64,000 bases of DNA, from NCBI GenBank assembly GCA_020891255.1, contig BQFW01000007.1, forward strand, positions 930,001-994,000. Direction: 5' to 3'. This document shows, in pieces, positions 60,600 to 64,000 of the stretch. Under the pieces are notes generated by a model that worked only from the letters and a program-made list of their open reading frames with translations, was not told the DNA's origin and did not search any database. The first letter of the stretch is position 1. Every line of letters begins with the position of its first letter. The position numbers were made by a program, and so were the translations under genes. This stretch comes from Entomortierella parvispora E1425 (taxonomy: Eukaryota > Fungi > Mortierellomycota).

Positions 60600-62855
60600 A
60601 TGTCACAACTTCTCTCTCGTATCAAAGGGATGACTCTTTTGCCGAGTAAATCAAAAATCTCAAGACCTCCTCAAGGATGTTCTCCAGTTTTTGACTTGCC
60701 CGAGATTCTGGAGAATATCTTTGACCATCTGTCTCCTCACAAACGCAGGACAGTGGCCAGCCTGGTTTGCAAGCAGTGGTTTGCTGTAGCTCGACACTTT
60801 TCCCTACCAACCGACTTTGTTTGGGATATAATGGCCACGCAGGAACAAAGACTCTTGGTTCTCCAACATACAATCACAGCTTCATACAGAACCCTGATCT
60901 TTCGAGGACACGATCAAAGACACCGTGACCATACGAGACATGGAAACGATATCGAAAATACCAGTGAACCTGTCAGAGAGCCATCCGATCTCGCCTTGAA
61001 AGAGCTGCGACAGATCTCGACCGAATCAAGCTCCACAGCAAAACTTCGAGAACTTGTGCTGGATCACTCGATCTCCTGGGAGATGTCAAAAGTCTTTGAA
61101 CTTTTGGAAATGACTGGACACGCTCTCAGAATCTTGCGATTAGTTCACTCCCAGCCCATCCTTCCGGAAACCGTCGCTACGATATTGCTGTCCTGCCCCC
61201 AATTAGACACGCTCTCTATTCTCATGCCTCCAGAGCAAAGGATCTCTCGTTCTTCACCGGGTGTTCCACCTGCGCCAAGTGCACAATCCTCCTTTGTTCT
61301 TGAAGCAGCGATGAAAGCGCGGCTGCCTTTGAGGAACCTGATACTCCAACAGCCGCTCATGGTGGACACACTACTTGACTTGATCCTATCGCTGTCCTAC
61401 TTGACGCAGCTTCGCGTATTGGACGGAGTTTTGGCCATGTCGACAGCAGAGGATGGTCCGCCCATCGCCATCCTATTGGACTTGACTGCATTCCTTGCCC
61501 AGTTGAACCTGGTCTGCCCAATGCTCTATCGGCTTCAACTTTCTTGTCAAGGAAATTTAGGCGCAACCTCATCTGTTTTGCTCAGCCAAGGATTGTTTAC
61601 AGCAAGGGGGCCGACTTCACCTGAAAAGGGCGTCGGTACCGAACTGGCCAACATAAAGGAATTGTCCTTTCAAGACACGGAGCTCTCTGGCGGGGAGATC
61701 CTGCCTCCATCCAAGCTTATGCTTGCCATGTTGGCACCTTTAACCAGTGCGAGGGTCACTCCGATCCAAGGCCGTCCGAGACTCTGGGCCTTTGGGCATT
61801 TGACGCGTCTGGAGATCTTGCCCTCGAACCATGAGAAGGGCCTTGTCCAATCTTTCCAAAGTCTCCATACCTTTCTTTGCCATGCACCAAACCTGGAGCA
61901 TCTCATTGCGCCGAATGTCATGATCGATTACGAGGACCTGGATTGGGAGCTGGTGCTACTACCCCTCAAAGCTATGAAGTACACTCAAGATGCGGCGCTG
62001 ATCCCGGTCGGTGACGATCCAAACGAAGCTTTTCGGGGCTTGGGGGAATTGGCCCGACAGAGGGCTAAAAAGAAGGCCTACGATGCTCGTAAAAAAGATA
62101 GACTGCAGCCGTCCCAGAAGCCCTCAACCCCGCCAACCCATGTCTGGGCCTGCCGTCGACTTCGAACCTTGCATATAGCCTTCCCCGAACCGAATTATCC
62201 AGATAACGCCGCAAGGTCTTTGATCCTCTTTGGATACATAAGTAAGGCCTGTCCCCGACTTTTGGATCTCCAGATCACAAAAGAAACCATCAACTTCCGA
62301 CCCAAGGATGGACTCTGTTTGTTGAGTCGACTTCATGACTTGGAACGACTGACCTTTGTCACGACCCATGTTCATTTCTTTGATCCTCGCACGGCCACGG
62401 AAATCCAGGGAGGCAAGAAGCTGTTTCAAACTTTTGAAGACGAATTAGAGTGGATGCGACGGTTCCCGAAGGGCTACAATGGCCGATCTTTTGCAACTCT
62501 TTCCACTGGTATCTCCTTTTCGTCGCTTGAAGACAGTCGCCAAGATATCTTTCAAGGTCGTGGGACTCCCATTTCAAGAAACAAAGGCCGGGACCAAGGA
62601 TGGGATGATTTGAATCTCTCATCCTTAGGAACATTGAGGGACGTGAAGGATTGGAAGTCTGAACGCACAAGGGATCTCATGAATTGCCGACCGCTGTGGC
62701 CGGCACTGGAGAGTCTGCAAGTTCGGTACTCGAACGCCGAATATCGAAATGAAGGTCGCAAGTTACAGCACTATCTTGCAAAGATCCGACCTGACGTAAG
62801 GTCAGATATTCTGTATTCCAAAGGCGAACCATTTCCTCCCGTCAGGGTCGCTTGA
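60600..62855 (+). CDS. Intact intronless F-box/LRR-like protein, ~750 aa
   Basis: MSQLLSRIK...VFDLPEILENIFDHLSPHKRRTVASLVCKQWFAVAR F-box; LRR-like LxxLxL segments; VWACRRLRTLHI, SLILFGYISKACPRLLDLQI, GLCLLSRLHDLERL. Confidence 0.85.
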   Translation: MSQLLSRIKGMTLLPSKSKISRPPQGCSPVFDLPEILENIFDHLSPHKRRTVASLVCKQWFAVARHFSLPTDFVWDIMATQEQRLLVLQHTITASYRTLIFRGHDQRHRDHTRHGNDIENTSEPVREPSDLALKELRQISTESSSTAKLRELVLDHSISWEMSKVFELLEMTGHALRILRLVHSQPILPETVATILLSCPQLDTLSILMPPEQRISRSSPGVPPAPSAQSSFVLEAAMKARLPLRNLILQQPLMVDTLLDLILSLSYLTQLRVLDGVLAMSTAEDGPPIAILLDLTAFLAQLNLVCPMLYRLQLSCQGNLGATSSVLLSQGLFTARGPTSPEKGVGTELANIKELSFQDTELSGGEILPPSKLMLAMLAPLTSARVTPIQGRPRLWAFGHLTRLEILPSNHEKGLVQSFQSLHTFLCHAPNLEHLIAPNVMIDYEDLDWELVLLPLKAMKYTQDAALIPVGDDPNEAFRGLGELARQRAKKKAYDARKKDRLQPSQKPSTPPTHVWACRRLRTLHIAFPEPNYPDNAARSLILFGYISKACPRLLDLQITKETINFRPKDGLCLLSRLHDLERLTFVTTHVHFFDPRTATEIQGGKKLFQTFEDELEWMRRFPKGYNGRSFATLSTGISFSSLEDSRQDIFQGRGTPISRNKGRDQGWDDLNLSSLGTLRDVKDWKSERTRDLMNCRPLWPALESLQVRYSNAEYRNEGRKLQHYLAKIRPDVRSDILYSKGEPFPPVRVA

Positions 62856-63076
62856 ATCTCTTTGAAAGAACAATAAAAAAAAAAGTATCACGCTGTTTGT
62901 TGACAAGAGACCACACGAGCAACAAGGACGGCCATTCTCAAGAGGGTCTCCATGCCCAAGTTCGAATTTCACCCCGTTTTTCTCCCAAACACAATTGCTC
63001 CGCACCTATATATCAAGGTCAAACGAGTCTCGACCAATGCCTTCGTTTTTCTATTGTATGATGGACACAACCTCAT

Positions 63077-63480
63077 CTACTTCCAATTGTTATGTTTAGG
63101 ATTGATAGAGATATGTCGTAAAAGATCTTTGGTGTGCTCATTATTCATCTGGATTCCAGGTATTGTCCTCATCTCTGGCCAATGATTCAGTACCCAGAGC
63201 GCCTCCGGTTTCCTCCAGTGATCCTTCTTGAAATCGTTATGAAATCCTAATTCTTTCAGGTGCTTCAATGGCCATAGGGCGCCAAGAGCCAATTTGAGCC
63301 TCAGTCTTGGCCCCTGACCTCCCTCATATCCACTGGAGGGAAACTCGCAGACTAAATATTCCAGCTCGCTCACTTCCGCAACACGAGAAAATATTCCTGA
63401 CTGAAGTTTCTGATTCTGATTCGTGAAGGAAGGCGACAGCCTTAGCTCTCTCATGCGTCGACAGACCCACGATCGATCGT
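63077..63480 (-). pseudogene. 5'-truncated C-terminal fragment of an F-box/LRR-family gene
   Basis: SWVCRRMRELRLS...GIFSRVAEVSELEYL...LALGALWPLKHLKELGF...EALWVLNHWPEMRTIPG. The ORF begins only ~70 bp downstream of the CYP stop on the same strand, leaving no room for an F-box or promoter. Confidence 0.7.
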
Positions 63481-63593
63481 CTAGATCTTTTGTATTCCTT
63501 TTTTTTTCTCTGTTGATTGCGAGCAACTCACTCGATGTTTTCTATTGTTTTTTTTTATTATTTCAATTCCATGGCCATGATATCTGTCTATCT

Positions 63594-64000
63594 TTACTCG
63601 CCTCTGTACTTCTCAAAGATAATCTGCATGCCATTACGAGAGTACATGGTAATGTCGGACTCGGGTTGGGGCTCAAAGCCCTCGACCACCTTCCAGTCGT
63701 ACCGTTGGATCAAGCGCGTCATGGTGTTCATAGCCTGGTTGTAGGCAAAGTTCTGTCCCAAGCAGATACGAGGACCAGCATGGAAGGGGAAGAACATGAA
63801 GGGACGGACCAACTTGACACGCTCAGGTCCCCAACGGTCAGGATCGAACTCTTCGGCATCCTCGCCCCAGTACTCCTTCATACGATGGGTCACATAGGAC
63901 GAGTGGACAATAAGGGAACCCTTGGGGATAAAGTAGCCATTGGGCAAGACATCGTCCTCGAGACAAGTCTTGATGTTCAAAGGCACGGCAGGGTACAGAC
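63594..64000 (-). CDS. Cytochrome P450, C-terminal part (CYP52-clan-like), runs off the window
   Basis: YPAVPLN, DDVLPNG, YWGEDAEEFDPDRW (PERF-like), FFPFHAGPRICLGQNFA heme-binding Cys motif. Confidence 0.92.
   Translation of the reverse strand, partial: LYPAVPLNIKTCLEDDVLPNGYFIPKGSLIVHSSYVTHRMKEYWGEDAEEFDPDRWGPERVKLVRPFMFFPFHAGPRICLGQNFAYNQAMNTMTRLIQRYDWKVVEGFEPQPESDITMYSRNGMQIIFEKYRGE

Noticed and set aside
1-64000. CRISPR arrays, rRNA, transposases, prokaryotic operons
   Set aside because: No regularly spaced repeats, rRNA-like sequence, or DDE/RT motifs seen; the window is eukaryotic and spliced.

Overview
Gene-dense eukaryotic (fungal) DNA with short GT-AG introns. The gene set (a Gemin5-like WD40/TPR protein, intronless F-box/LRR paralogues, ATG-only first exons) points to an early-diverging Mucoromycota fungus, probably Mortierellaceae; this is inference. 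About 22 genes or gene remnants were reconstructed by hand across introns: C2H2 zinc-finger factor, FUR1, SEC61-beta (absent from the ORF track), Gemin5, mitochondrial citrate carrier, a divergent secreted trypsin-fold protease, a GPI-type Ser/Thr protein, a ~990-aa disordered protein, a large unassigned membrane protein with a polyQ tract, RIB2-type deaminase, a PY-motif membrane protein, RanBP1, PARP, SSK2-type MAPKKK, SLC10A7/RCH1-type transporter, membrane DnaJ, G-alpha, SLC1-type acyltransferase and a partial cytochrome P450. The most dynamic element is an F-box/LRR family caught in birth-and-death: one intact copy and three dead or fragmentary copies. Other oddities are the trypsin active-site substitutions, a reciprocal Ser/Thr swap at both Mg2+ ligands of the G-alpha, and three genes whose first coding exon is only ATG. 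No rRNA, tRNA, CRISPR array or recognisable transposase was seen, and I cannot claim a clearly novel multi-gene system. All family assignments are from motif recognition, not database searches.
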